From: Octopus sinensis
Lineage: Eukaryota
Length of the DNA stretch: 64,000 bases
Direction of reading: 5' to 3'
Assembly (NCBI RefSeq): GCF_006345805.1
Contig: NC_043003.1
Location: 105,152,001 to 105,216,000 of the forward strand
Part shown: positions 12,896 to 26,689 of the stretch, piece by piece
Layout: each line of letters starts with the position of its first letter
Numbering within the stretch: the stretch's first letter is position 1
Made by a program: the position numbers and the translations under genes
The notes under the pieces: model-generated
The model's input: the letters and a program-made list of their open reading frames with translations, nothing else
Databases searched by the model: none
Told to the model about the DNA's origin: nothing

Positions 12896-15599
12896 ATGTA
12901 TCTATACATTTTTGTGAAAACAATATTAACTTGCCAAAATTCTTTAAAAGGAAAAGAATCTAATGTGTTGTTGTTGAGAGGATGAGGGACAAAAGTCAGA
13001 GAGAAAAACAAAATCAGAGCTTAAAATATATATTAAATATTGAATTGCAAAACTTATAATTTCAATAACGAAATACATTAGTTTGTTTTTTTAAATTTGT
13101 AGTTTCCTATTTTTACTTTTCTTTTTTTATTATTTGATAAAGGGTTGGATAAAGTGCCCTATGGTATATTTTTCCATCTCTTTTAAGTCTCAGTTCACAT
13201 CTTGCTATTGTCAGTTTTGTCTTTTGTCCTTCCTTACTTGATAAAATAAACTGCTAATCAAGCATTGCAGATTGATATAATTGGTTGTTTCGTTTCTCCA
13301 AAATTTCTTCCCTTATACCTACATTAGAAATTTAGCATTTAATTTTTTTTTGTTCATAATTTTATATTCTTTTCTGTCTGTTTATCAAAATTCAATAAGT
13401 GTTTGGTTAGGCACAAGCATGGCTGTGTGGTTTAGAAGCTCATTTTGCTACCACGGGTCCAATCTTACTGCAATCTTTCAGGTTCAATCTTACTGCATGA
13501 CACCTTGGGCAAGTGTCTTCTACCTAAGCTTTGTGAAATTGTGTAGAAGCTTATCACACACACACACAAATACATATGTGTATTTTGTGACCCTATCCTC
13601 TGTTGCTTGTCAACTGGTATTGGTTTCTTTACATCCTTGTAACTTAGTGGTTCAGCCTAAGAGACCAATAGAATAAGTATCACACTTGGAATATAAATGG
13701 TAAGAGTTGACTGTTCAGTTAGACTCTTTATGACAATGCTTCAGCATGGCAGCAGATTGGCATAAGTAAAAGGTAAGACAGAAGGTAAAAAACTTGCTTA
13801 AGAAATCCCATTTGTATTTCTGAAAAATATTGGGGAAAAAAATTACTACTAACCCCCCCCCCCCACACACACACACCTGTGTTGGTGACATGTAAAAAGC
13901 ACCATCTAAACATGGCCAATGACAGTACCCAATGACTGGCCCCTGTGCTGTTGGAACGTAAAAAGCACCCACTACACTCTTGGAGTGGTTGGCATTAGGA
14001 ATGGCATCCAGCTGTAGAAACCTTGCCAGATCAGATTGGAGCCTGGTGCAGCCGCTGGCTTGCCAGTCCTCAGTCAAACCGTCCAACCCATGCCAGCATA
14101 GAAAGTGGAAGTTAAACGATGATGATGATGTTAAATTATTTAAGGGTTTTTATTTTAAATTATTCTGGATTTTTTTCTACTCAGAATATGCACCAAATTA
14201 AAAATTTGACATAATTCTTTACTTCTGAACTGTTGCTTCAATGAGCATCCTTATATTTTTAACCACACGTGAAAAACAACATTAGAGTGTGGTCGTTGCC
14301 CTTGCCACCGGACTGACTCCCATGCAGGTTGCATGTAAAAAACACCTTTTGAGCATGATCATTGCCAGAACCGCCTGACTGGCCTTTGTGCCGGTGGCAC
14401 GTAAAAGCACCCACTACACTCTCGGAGTGGTTGGTGATAGGAAAGGCATCCAGCTGCAGAAACTTTGCCAGATCAGATTGGTGCCTGGAGCAGCCTCTGG
14501 TTCACCAGTCCTCAATCAAACCATCCAACCCATGCCAGCATGGAAAGCAGACGTTAAACGATGATGATGATGATGGTGATGATGATGATGAATCCATATC
14601 AAACATTCTGAATTATCCATAATGATTTCATTGTTATTAATCTTACTAATCCCCATTGTCATCATCCTTGTTTTAACATCCACTTTTCCATACTTACATG
14701 GGTTAGACAGAGATCATTGAGACAGATTTTCTACAGTTCAATACCCCTCCAATTGCCAACCCTCACCTGTTTCCAAGCAAGGTGATATTTCCCTTTGTCC
14801 AGATATATTTATGCAGAATTATTGGAAATGAACAACACCTCTTGTATGGTAGTGAGACTCATTTACAACTATCGTGTGATGTGAAGACAAGGAGACACAA
14901 ACACACACACATACACACTCAAACACACACACATACACACTCAAACACACATATACATTGGATAGGCTTCTTTCAATTTCCGCTGACCAAATCCACTCAC
15001 AAAGCTTTGGTTGGCCCAGGGCTGTAGTAAAAAACACTTGCCCAAGGTATTGTGCTGTGGGACTGAACACAAAAGTATGGAGTTGAGAAGCCAACTTCTT
15101 ACCACACAGCCACACATGCATCTAGATCGTATTAATTCTATCACACTGTTATGTTCATTATTTGAAGCTAGCATGTGATGAGAAATAAATCTGAAATTTG
15201 GGGTATTTTTATATTTCTTAACACATTTATGCTGCACTGCATGCTTCTCTGAGATTAACTGTGCAGTATAAGATAGGAACCGTGCCAATTTTCTGCTAGA
15301 TATGCTGAAGCTAGAATAATTTTAGTCTTGCTTGTGGTCACAGATGTTCAGGAAATATGTCTTGAAGTCTGACATTATGATTAATATGACAAAATACAAA
15401 CTGTATACAGAAATTCATTAATTCTAGCAGCTTATTACTAATTCTGAATTTAAAATAGATCTTCATTGAAATATTGACATTAAGTATTATGATAATTTTA
15501 TTTTAGATCTAGATAGGTGCAGACCCTCCAAGATTAAAAAAGGAAAGAGAGTAAGAAGGAGGGGAGAGAGAAAGAAAGAGGAAGAATTTTATCTTTCAG

Positions 15600-15635
15600 T
15601 GTTTACTGATGTAAACAATGTTTACATTTGTTTAC
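15600..15635. promoter_or_regulatory. Cluster of four perfect forkhead-type motifs (TGTTTAC/GTAAACA)
   Basis: TGTTTAC at 15600, 15619 and 15629; GTAAACA at 15611. Function untested. Confidence 0.4.
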
Positions 15636-18089
15636 TCGCAAATGTTAAAAATATATTTGTTTAATACGGAATTTGTTGATGTTTTAAATTTGATCTTGTA
15701 TTTATGGATTTTCAAGTGTCATTTTTCTATTCAGCCAGAAAAATTGTTTCAATTTAATCATTTTTGAAAACCTCAGTAATAATTCATTAAAACTAAACTT
15801 AAATTCTTGAAAGGTCTTTTGTTTAAAATATAGTTGAAGTTCTTTTTGCAAGTTGATGGTTGTAGGAAAAACATGAGCAGGGAAGAAATTATAGAGGGAT
15901 GTCATTTTAAAAAGGAAGGACTGGGAATATGAGTGACAAATGTTGGATGAGAACAAGTCAGTAGTACCTGAATCAAAATGATATGAGACCAGCCAGTATC
16001 AAAAAGACACTATAAAAATTATAGAAATGATAGAGGATACATACTGCCTTCATTTTTTATACCTGCTTTCCATGCTTGCATGGATTGGGTAGTTTGACAG
16101 GAGCTGGCATATCAGAAGATTTTGCCAAGTTCTGTTGTCTGCTTTAGCATGGTTTCTACAGCTTGATGCCCTTCCTAAAACCAACCACTTTACAGAGTGT
16201 ACTGGGTGCTTTTTATGTGGCACCAGCACTAGTGAGGTTACTGAGTAACTTGAAAGACAAGACCCCTCAATAGAGAGGGGAGTAGTATTGAGGGAGATGG
16301 CTTCATGTTAGATGTTGGGAGATTGAAGTATGATAGAGGGATGGGAACAGGTGTCTTACAGTAGAAAAGATACATAGTTACCCCAGTTGGAGAAGAGAGA
16401 AGATAGTGGTGAAGATGTCAGGGCACACCCTCAAGTTAAATGAAATTATGTTGTCATCAGATCACATCCAGAGTGAAACAAGAAATTTCTGCTTACTCTG
16501 CACAACAAATTTTCACCCAAATATTTGTTCAACTCACAACTACTGAATTTCAATAATCTGGTTCTGATTTAAATTCACTGAGGTGATTGATTGACTGATT
16601 GATTGGTTAATATTCTTATTATTATTGCTATAAAGCTATGTTAACTTGTCACTACAACTTAAAATCATTCATTTCTTTAATCTACTTTAGTGATTTCATA
16701 CCAACTTTTAAAACTCTATGGTATAAAATGTTCAAAGAATTACTTCACAAACTACTAAAATCAGACCCACTTTCTACGTTGTATTTTTAATAAATAAAAA
16801 TTTAAGAGTTGTCTCCCTTACCTTTCTGAACCAGAATTGATCATTATGTTCCTGGTGTCACCATAAATGTAATTGTGATTAAAGTTTCTTGACCCACAAC
16901 ACTAGAGTATATTAGCACTGGCTGTACCAGTTCCTCACTAAAACATTGAAGATATATTTTTTTAGTTTCAGAAATGGCCAACTGTAAATTAATTTCTTGT
17001 GAAGTTACATTATGTTCATGTGGTAAGTAGCTTGCTTAACAACCACATGGTCCCGGGTTCAGTCCCACTGCGTGGCACCTTGGGCAAGTGTCTACTACTA
17101 TAGCCTCATGCGAACCAAAGCCTTGTGGGTGGATTTGGTAGACAGAAACTGAAAGAAACCCATCATATATATATATATATATATATTTATATGAAATACA
17201 AAATGGGACAAGAACGCAAAACATTCAGACAGTTAGGTAATACAAAAAGGGGACAACAAAACATCCAGATAGACGATACAAAGAAAACAAGGACCGGTTG
17301 AAGTTTTCTTTCCTCAGTCAAATACCAGATTATCTTTGCAATTTTGGCTGATTATACTTGAGATTGCTCCAATCTGGCCAGCCCCAAGGAAAAACTAAGC
17401 TAAGACCATTAGATTCCTTGGAAGAAAGCAGCGAATGTATACAAAAACTAGGACAGAAAAAAAAAAATGGACATTATGTGTGTGTGTGCGTGTGTGTCTG
17501 TGTTTGTCTACCCACCATTGCTTGACAACCGATGCTGGTGTGTTTGCATCCCTGTGGCTTGGCAGTTCGGCTGGAGAGATTGATAGAATAAGTGCTGGGT
17601 TTACAAGGAGTAAGTCCTAGGAGTTGATTTGTTCAACTAAAGGTGGTGCTCCAGTATGGCCACAGTCAAATGACTGAAGTAAGTAAAAGAATAAAAGAAT
17701 ACAACTCTATGCAGATTTCTTATGTTGACACATGACCTTAGACAGGAAAAGAGATTCTGTGATGTTCATTCCTCTTTTCCAAATGCATTAATCTAATGAA
17801 GGATTCCAGTTTATAATCAAAACTAGGTTGTGGGTTCAATTTGTCATGAACTTGCTTCTACTCAACAGTGCTTGTCTATTAATTAGATGTAGAGTCAGTG
17901 GTTAAGAAGCTCACTTTTCAGCCATGTGGTTTGGGGTTCAAGCCCACTGTGCAGCACCTTGGACAAGTTTCTTCTGCTATAGTCCCTGGCTAGCCAACAC
18001 CTTGTGATTGAATTTAGCAGATGGAAACTGTGGAAACCTATCATGTGTATGTATGTGTGTGCGTGTGTTTGTGCTTATCCCTACCCCAT

Positions 18090-18325
18090 ACCTATTTCTT
18101 TATTACCCACAAGAGGCTAAACATAGAGGAGACAAACATGGACAGACATAGGTATTAAGTCGATTATATCGACCCCAGTGCTTAACTGGTACTTAATTTA
18201 TCGAAATCGAAAGGATGAAAGGCAAAGTCGACCTCGGCGGAATTTGAACTCACAACGTAACGGCAGCCGAAATACTGCTAAGCATTTCGCCCGACGTGCT
18301 AACGATTCTGCTAGCTCGCCGCCTT
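18090..18325 (-). mobile_element. SINE family B nested in a family A copy
   Basis: Family A sequence at about 17905-18085 resumes at about 18330-18530. Confidence 0.8.
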
Positions 18326-18564
18326 ACCATACCATCTGACAGCCAGTGTTGGTTTGTTGATGTTCCCTACCTCCATAACTTAGCTATTTAATAAGAGAGT
18401 CTGATAGAATAAGTATCAGGCTTTAAAAAGTGAGTATTGGAGTTGATTTGTCAACTACCCTTCAAAGCAGTACTCCAGCATGGCCACAGGCCAATGACTG
18501 AAAGATGCAAAAGATATAAAATAAAAGATTTTTGAAGTTAAAATATAATTTTATTGTTTAAATA

Positions 18565-18960
18565 GGCACAGTAGTGGCTGTGTGGTAAGTAGCTTGTTTA
18601 CCAACCACATGGTTCCGGGTTCAGTCCCACTGCGTGGCACCTTGGGCAAGTGTCTTCTACTATAGCCTCGGGCCGACCAAAGCCTTGTGAGTGGATTTGG
18701 TAGACGGAAACTGAAAGAAGCCTGTTGTATATATGTATATATATATATATATGTGTGTGTGTCTGTGTTTGTCCCCCTAGCATTGCTTGACAACTGATGC
18801 TGGTGTGTTTACGTCCCCGTTACCTAGCGGTTCGGCAAAAGAGACCGATAGAATAAGTACTGGGCCTACAAAAGAATAAGTCCCGGGGTCGAGTTGCTCG
18901 ATTAAAGGCGGTGCTCCAGCATGGCCGCAGTCAAATGACTGAAACAAGTAAAAGAGTAAA
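18565..18960 (+). mobile_element. tRNA-derived SINE family A with CORE-like block, best-preserved copy
   Basis: A box TGGCTGTGTGGTAAG, B box GGGTTCAGTCCC, GGCACCTTGGGCAAGTG block, internal TA/TG microsatellite, (TAAAAGAG) tail; more than 10 further copies on both strands. Confidence 0.9.
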
Positions 18961-20250
18961 TACTAAGCAATAACCATGAACAAATATTTGTTTTTCATTT
19001 TACATTCATTTAAACAAAAGCATCTTGATAAGAAATAAATGACATTCAGAATTTATTTATTTTTTTTTAAATAAAATCATGGTGAATAATTCTTTCCTTT
19101 CATGTCTTTCATTCATTAAGCTATTTGAACTCGTTTAGAGATTGTATTATTTGCAAATCTTGACAAAGTATAATCAGACACCACTAACAAATAACAGAAC
19201 TATAAATGGTGATTCCAAAATACATTAAAATAATTCAGAAATGTAAATAAAATTGGTATGTAATCTGTGTATTAAAACATTAATTTTCTGTTAAATTATT
19301 TCGTATTTAAAAATGGTCCTTTGTAAAGAAGCACTGGAACACATTTCTTTGTCTTGATAGCCATATGGGAGTTAGACTGTATGTAATACTTATCCAAAAT
19401 ATACAAAAATACCTTGCATCTCATTAACATGTGGCAATACTTAAAAATATGCTTTAAAAACAAAAAATCTTGTTCTTTTTACTCTTATTTATCATGTCAT
19501 GTTTTCAAAAGTGAATGTGTATTGTATCCAAATCTGTATTGAATGCAACTCATTCAATTAATTAAATATTTGCATGTAAAAAGCATCATCTGAACATGGC
19601 CAATACCAGTACCCCATGACTGGCCCTTGTGCCGGTGGCATGTAAAAAGCTCTATCTGAATGTGGTTGAAGCCAGGTCCGCCTGACTGGATCCTGTGCCG
19701 GTGGCACATTAAAAGTACCCTCTACACTCTCAGAGTGATTGGCATTAGGAAGGGCATCTAGCTGTCAAAACCTTACCAGATCAGATTGAAGCCTGGTTCA
19801 GCCGCTGGCTCTCCAAACCTCAGTGAACCCGTCCAACCCATGACAGCATAGAAAATGAACATTATACAATGATGATGATGATGATGATTTTCCAAAAAAT
19901 CAGTCAACTAGCTGGAGAAATCACACCTCATTATCTTAAACAGAATAGACACATTGGTTAATGAAGTTGATTGTAATGTCTTTGAACAGAGGTCTTCCAG
20001 GACTAAACAACAACTTAATTGTTATTGATGCAATATAAATTGTTTCAGAGATAATGAGAAGTTTTATTTTAAGCATTTAGACATTGCTAATTTCATGCAT
20101 ATTATTATCTCAAATTCACAAAGCTTTTCTTTTTAGATATGATTTTCAAAAAGAATTGATGTTTGTTCATTTCTTTTATGTTTCTGCTTTGAATTTTTGT
20201 TTTATTCATTTATTCATTTATTTATTAAATATTTACATTTATAATTTCAG

Positions 20251-20345
20251 CTGAGCGGAAAACTTCTCTTGGGAAAGAATGGCACCCAAGATGTCTACGT
20301 TGTGACCAATGTGATAAAGTTTTAGCACCAGGTCAACATGCTGAA
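20251..20345 (+). CDS. Internal coding exon, central part of a CRIP-type LIM domain: (A)[31 protein letters not shown]
   Basis: Acceptor ataatttcag| and donor |gtaagt; phase 1 in, phase 0 out. Has the H-x2-C-x2-C-x2-C LIM zinc ligands. Exon borders match the intron positions I recall for CRIP-type LIM genes. Too short for the ORF track. Confidence 0.95.
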
Positions 20346-22425
20346 GTAAGTTCAGAGAATTTCTTTGAAGAATTTTAATGCCATTGATACAGTGTCTATG
20401 TTTGCTTAATTACCTTATGTTGCTTGGGGAACCTGTACACCCCCGTGATTGGCTAAGTGAACTATACTAGTTAGTATAAATGAGCATGTGCAGAAGAATC
20501 TCAGAAGAGTGTCATATATGCTGTCATAGTGTACAGGTCGTAGGAATTATTGAATAGAGATATCGTGGAGTGCTTGTTGAAGATACACAGTTGGAGAGTA
20601 ATAAGAGAACATCAAAACCGTTTGATATTATAACAGTTCAGATATAACAGTGACGACAAGAAGTCGTATGTCATATCACCTTAATTAATCATTTCTGCTC
20701 TAAGCACAAGGCTTGAAGTTTTGGGGAGGGAGCAAGTTGATTACATCAGCCCCAGTGCTCAACCGGTATCTATTTCAATGACGCTGAAAGGATGAAAGGC
20801 AAAGTCAACCTCAGCAGCATTTGAACTCAGAATGCAATGACAAATGAAATGCCATTAAGCATTTTCTTTGGAGTGCTAATGGTTCTGCCAGCTTACCTTA
20901 ATTAATAGAATGGTAAATAGCTAATACTGAAATGAATGTAGGGAACCAGAGGCCTTAGGGTGGCCCTCTTTGTTGTCTGAGCATTTTGATTCTTAATGTT
21001 TTTGAGAATCACTTTGCATTTCATCTTTTTTGTGATGAGAAAATAAGTACCAGTAATTCTACTGGGTGAAAGATTAGATAAAGAACAAAGAAATTACTGA
21101 TGTAAGTATAATCATTTATCTTTTACTTATTTCAGTAATTGGACTGCAACTCTGCTGGGGCACCATCTTGAAGAGTTTCAGCTGAATAGGTCACTCCCAG
21201 GCCTTATTCAAAGTCTAGTACTTATTCTATTGGTCTCTTTTGCTGACCAGCTAAGTTACATGGACACAAACAAACCAACACCAGTTATCAGATGGTGATG
21301 GAGGGACAAACACAAATACAAAGACACACACAATGAGCTTCCACACAGTTTCCATTTGCCTAACTCACTCAGAAGGCATTGGTCAGTTCAGGGATGTAGT
21401 AGAAAACACTTGCCCACCGTGCTACAGAGTAGGACTGAACTCAAAATCACATGGTCACAAAGTGAGCTTCCTAACCTCACAGCCACGTCTGTGCTTAAGT
21501 AGAGATATATGTATAAATAGTAGCAGACTGAAATAAGTAGTAAGGTTGATATTATTGACTAAAGCCACAACCACTATGCCCCAGCTTGGCCACAGTCCAG
21601 TGACTGAAACCAATGAAACAATACAAGGATAGAAGAGCAGCTGGTTGTTTACCATATTTGATGATATAAAAGACACATGAGCATAAAAGACACCCTCCAA
21701 TTCCATCATCATCGTCGTCATCGTCATCATCATTTAACATCTGTTTTCCCTACTGGCATGGGTCGGACGGCTTCACAGGAGCTGGCAAGCCAGAGAGCAA
21801 CACCAGGCTCCAATTGTCTGTTTTGGCATGGTTTCTGTGCCAAAACAGAATGTTCTGAGTGCTTTATACATAGCACCAGCCTATTCCAATTTTAGCACTG
21901 CATATTCAGGAAAAGAAGTTTTTTTCTAGCATTAATGCATATATTATAGGCCCATGTTCACATATAGGACCCAGGGTGATGTTCTCGAGACATTTGTGGG
22001 GAGGTGGAAGTGCCTTCAAGTATTGTATTTTATTCTTGTTGTTCCAACCAACACCTAATTAACCCTCTTTAACTCATTTAAATGATAGTTTCTACAAGTT
22101 CTTTGTGTTGTTATTAATCTCTCACAAGTCTTCATCTTAATTAATTCTTCCACATTTTGTGAATTTTACAAAATCCAATGATATAAATTATTTTGTTTCT
22201 AGCTTTCCTTCTCTCACTCTCTCTTGCTCTCTCTCTCTCTCTATCTCTTATTTTTTCTCTCTCTCTGACTTTCAGTCACTCTCTTTCTTTCTGTCTGACT
22301 TTCTCTGAGCATCAAGTTCTCTTTCTTCCTCTCTGTCTGTCTCTCACTCACTCTGTCCTTTATGCTCTCTCTTTGCTATTTTTCATTGTTACTCATACTC
22401 TCTTGCTCTCTCTCTCTCTCTCTTT

Positions 22426-22549
22426 CTAACTTACTCTCTCTTTTGTCTCCACCTTCCTTGATCTCCTTCTAACTCTCCTTATCCTCTCCTGCCATTTTCT
22501 ATTCTCTCTCCTCCTCTCTCTCTCTCTCCATATTATACACTCTATTGCC

Positions 22550-22581
<32 letters not shown>

Positions 22582-22665
22582 AACTACCTCTAACTTACTC
22601 TCCCTTTTGCCTCCACCTTCCATGATCTCCTTCTACCTCTCCTTGTCCTCTCCCTCACTTTTCTC

Positions 22666-22704
<39 letters not shown>

Positions 22705-22730
22705 TTATACACTCTCTTACCCTCTCACTT
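22426..22730. repeat. 164-bp diverged tandem duplication in a CT-rich tract
   Basis: CTAACTTACTCTC ... CCATATTATACACTCT starts at 22426 and 22590. Confidence 0.8.
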
Positions 22731-23309
22731 TTATACTCTTTCACACATCCATGTGATTTTAGCAGGGAAATAATTTCTGTTCCATCAAGGTTTCAGCCAC
22801 AAATGTTAAAGTTATTAATGTTGACAACAGCAAGATAATAAATTACAGGTTTAGGAGAAGAAGACTCGTCGTGTGAGAGTATTCGTTTCCCACAGTGAAA
22901 TCTTACGTATCCTCTGTGTGTTAGGTTTTTGCTGGACATTGTCTGACCCATTGCCATCATGGAACACGAACATTAAATGATGAGGATGACGATGAGGAGG
23001 ATAGCATTGAAATTCCATCAATTCACTCTCACCCTCTCCACTCCTCTCTCTTCTTGTTGATGCATATGTGCATGCACACACACACACATACACACACACA
23101 CACACACATTCTCTCTCTCTCTCTCTCTCTCCCTCCTTCCCTCCCTCCTCTTCCTATTGAGGCATGCACACACACATATGCACACCTGCACATACACACA
23201 CAAACTTTCTCCCTTTTTCTCTCTCCTTCACTCTACACCTCTCTCTCCGTCTTTTCTTCCTATCAATGCATGTACATACACACACACACACACACACACT
23301 CACAACTTT

Positions 23310-23370
<61 letters not shown>

Positions 23371-23858
23371 TTGCACTTCCCATTGGACTGGGGTGTCACC
23401 CTGAAGGTTTCTTAGGTGGCTATATTAACTCCAGGATTTTCTATGTTATTTACTTTATCGAACTTGCAGCAGGATGAAAACCAAAGTCAACAAAGTATAA
23501 AGGAACGAATGATATGGATTAAATGCCACAAGGATTTTCATCACAACACCCATATGCACACAACAGATTACCTCACAGTTTCCATTTATCAAACTTCACT
23601 CACCAAGCTTTTATTTGGCCCTCTCCCTATAAATAAAAGAGATTTTCCAAAGTGCCATACATTGGAATTGAACCTGGTGCCACATTATTGCAAACCACAC
23701 AGCTATGCCTGTGTGCATAATGTGTGTGTAATATATGTTATATAATATACATGATACTCATATCATATGTATTTAATCTTGCTCCGAAATTAGCCTCTCA
23801 GGGGCCTCTTCAGCAGCTTTGGATGAAGATCAAGCTGACTAGTTTTGGTGTTATTTAA

Positions 23859-24064
23859 CCCTTTTATAAACATATTTCTGTTGAAATTCATTGCCTTTTT
23901 GCAATTAATTCTGAAAATAGCAAAGAATTTAGTGAAATAACTTTGTCATTTTTAAGCTGTATTTGGAGCATAAATGAACGTGAAATTTTGATGGGAGGTT
24001 TTAATTTAAATCACATTAAAATAGGAAGCTTGTACCAAAGACCTGGAGGTTGGTATTAAAAGGG
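23859..24064. mobile_element. Degenerate piggyBac-type MITE
   Basis: TTAA|CCCTTTT ... AAAAGGG|acaa. Confidence 0.5.
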
Positions 24065-24677
24065 ACAACAATTCATTAGGATTCATTCACATTTCCCTTG
24101 TAAACTGCCGATAAGAGTAGTGGAAGGCGACTCATTAAATTGCGATCAATACAGCTCATTTACATAATGGTGAGAGGTTCATTGCCTGACAGTAAACACA
24201 GTGTGGATTCAGGGTTAGTAGATCAATTTCATAAAAAATAGCACAATTAGCTATCAGTGACTCCTCTCCCTGCCTTTGTTCCCCCCTCACTGTAGAGACC
24301 CCTCTGTCCATCTGACACCCACCTCTGTCACTGTAAACGCCCTCTGCCACTCTGCAGATCATATCCATATTTGGTTGATCTAACAGTCAGTTTATTATGC
24401 TGCTGCCCTTTTCCCTTTCCATCCTGCCATTCATCACCTCCTCCTTGAGCCATTCCTACTTCTCTTTCATCTTCCCCTCCCCCATACTGATATCTACCAT
24501 TGATATCTACCAAACCCCACCTTGGTTCCATTTACTACATCCACTTCTCTCCCCATCTCTAACCATGTGTCATTCTTCTCACCCACCCACCTGTCCCAAT
24601 CCTCTGTATTCTATGTTATATTCACCTTATTGTAACTTGTGAGTATGCTCTAACACGTCCTCACCACCATCATTGTT

Positions 24678-24679
<2 letters not shown>

Positions 24680-24715
<36 letters not shown>

Positions 24716-25340
24716 TTAACGTCCGTTTTCCATGCTAGCATGGTTTGGATGGTTCAACTGGGGTCTGGCAAGCCAGGAGACTGCACCAGGCTCCAGTCTG
24801 ATCTGGCAGTGTTTCTACAGCTGGATGCCCTTCCTGACACCAACCACTCTGTGAGTGTAGTGGGTGCTTTTTATGTGGGACCAGCACAGGGGCCAGAGGA
24901 GGCTGGCATCAACCACGATTGGATGGTGCTTTTTACATGCCACTGACACAGGGATCACAACTACAATTTCTATTTGATTTTCATTTTGATGTTGTTGATG
25001 TACTTGACTCAATAGGTCCCCTCAAGCACAGCATGTTGCCCTATGATCCAAGGTACTTTTGAATGGGCTGGGGCTGGTTATGCGAAACTGGTGTAGGAAA
25101 CAGCCATGAACTCACTTTATTTGCCAGGTCTTTGCAGTCACAGCATATCTCCAGAGGTCTCGATCTTTCATCATTGCCTCTGTGAGGCCCAATGTTCAAA
25201 GGTCATGCTTCACCACCTCATTCCATGTCTTCCTGGGTCTACTTCTACCCCGGATTCCTTCAACTGTTTGGGAGTGGCACTTCTTCACACAGCTGTCTTC
25301 ATCCATCCCTAGTACAAGACCATACCAGCACAAACGTCTT
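24680..25340 (-). mobile_element. RTE-clade LINE 3' end: ORF remnant, 3' UTR and (GAT)n tail
   Basis: Minus RRLCWYGLVLGMDEDSCVKKC...VEGIRGRSRPRKTWNEVVKHDL*TLGLTEAMMKDRDLWR runs into the common GGTTGGCATTAGGAAGGGCATCCAGC ... CATGCTAGCATGGAAA repeat. Confidence 0.85.
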
Positions 25341-25744
25341 CTTTCTAGCTATTCCAAGCCACCCACATATAATGTGGAGTAGTCAGGTGTCTCCTCTCTA
25401 GCAAGACACCTGTACCTGTCCCTGCTATACTTTAGCTTCTTAACACCTGGCATAAAGTTACCTCCTCCTTCACTACTAATGCACTTAGTCGAGGGGTTTG
25501 TTCTTTGTTTTGCAAGTTATTTAGTGATCTCAATAGTGCTAGTGTCATGGAAAAAAGCACCCAGGACACTCTACAAAATGGTTGGCATTAAGAAGGACAT
25601 CCAGCCATGAAACCATACCTAAGCAGACATTGAAGCACAATACAGTCATCTGGCATGTTTGATGCTATCAAACTGCCCAGCCCATACCAGCACGGAAGAT
25701 GGTATGGGCTCTGGACAGTTAAATGGTGATGATGGTGTTATTGT

Positions 25745-25752
25745 CAGTGGCA

Positions 25753-25819
<67 letters not shown>

Positions 25820-25827
25820 GGTGGGTG

Positions 25828-25874
<47 letters not shown>

Positions 25875-25896
25875 GGTGGTGGTGGTGGTGGTGGTG

Positions 25897-25960
<64 letters not shown>

Positions 25961-25980
25961 CAGCAGCAGCAGCAACAGCA
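25745..25980. repeat. Compound (TAG)n/(TGG)n/(CAG)n microsatellite
   Basis: Seen directly; source of spurious homopolymer ORFs. Confidence 0.98.
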
Positions 25981-26689
25981 GTATATGATTACTTTTAGTT
26001 CAGTTCTATTTTATTTAGTTAATAATTTAGAATGATATTGAGTCAAGGGAAATTGTTGCTGTGACCGATTCCAATGCCACCTGACTGGCATGTAAAAAGC
26101 ACCATTCAAGCATGGCCAATGCCAGTGCTAATGGCATGTAAGTAGCACCATTTGCGCGTGGTTGATGCCAGTGCTGCCTGACTGGCTCCTGTGCCAGTGG
26201 CATGTAGAAAGCACCCACTATACTCTCAGAGTGGTTGATGTTAGGAAGGGCATCCAGCTGTTGAAACCTTACCACATCAGATTGGAGCCTGGTGCAGCCT
26301 CCTGGCTTGCCAGTCCTCAGTCAAACCGTCCAGCCCATACCAGTACGGAAAGCGGATGTTAAATGATGATGATGATGATGATTCAGTAGGATTCTTATAT
26401 GCATAAATTATAATTTCTAAAATAGCTAGTAATCCAAATTACAATGGTAATGGTGTGCAGTCTTGAAAAGTTGCATAGCCTCATTACATCCATGTGTGGG
26501 CTGTGAATAAGAAATAGACGGACTCATGTCTCTCTCTCTATATATATATATCTATTTTGTTTCACTGAGAAATTAATCTGGTGATGGCCTTCCAGGCAGC
26601 CTGAGATGAGGATTTACCTAAATGGCTTTGTTGTTATTTACCAATTTAAGATCCTCTCACCTTGTATTTGTTTTTGTTTCATATGTTCT

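Noticed and set aside
16974-17022. MANCKLISCEVTLCSC followed by GTAAG as possible first LIM exon
   Set aside because: No C-x2-C...VYF pattern, and the donor belongs to a SINE head.
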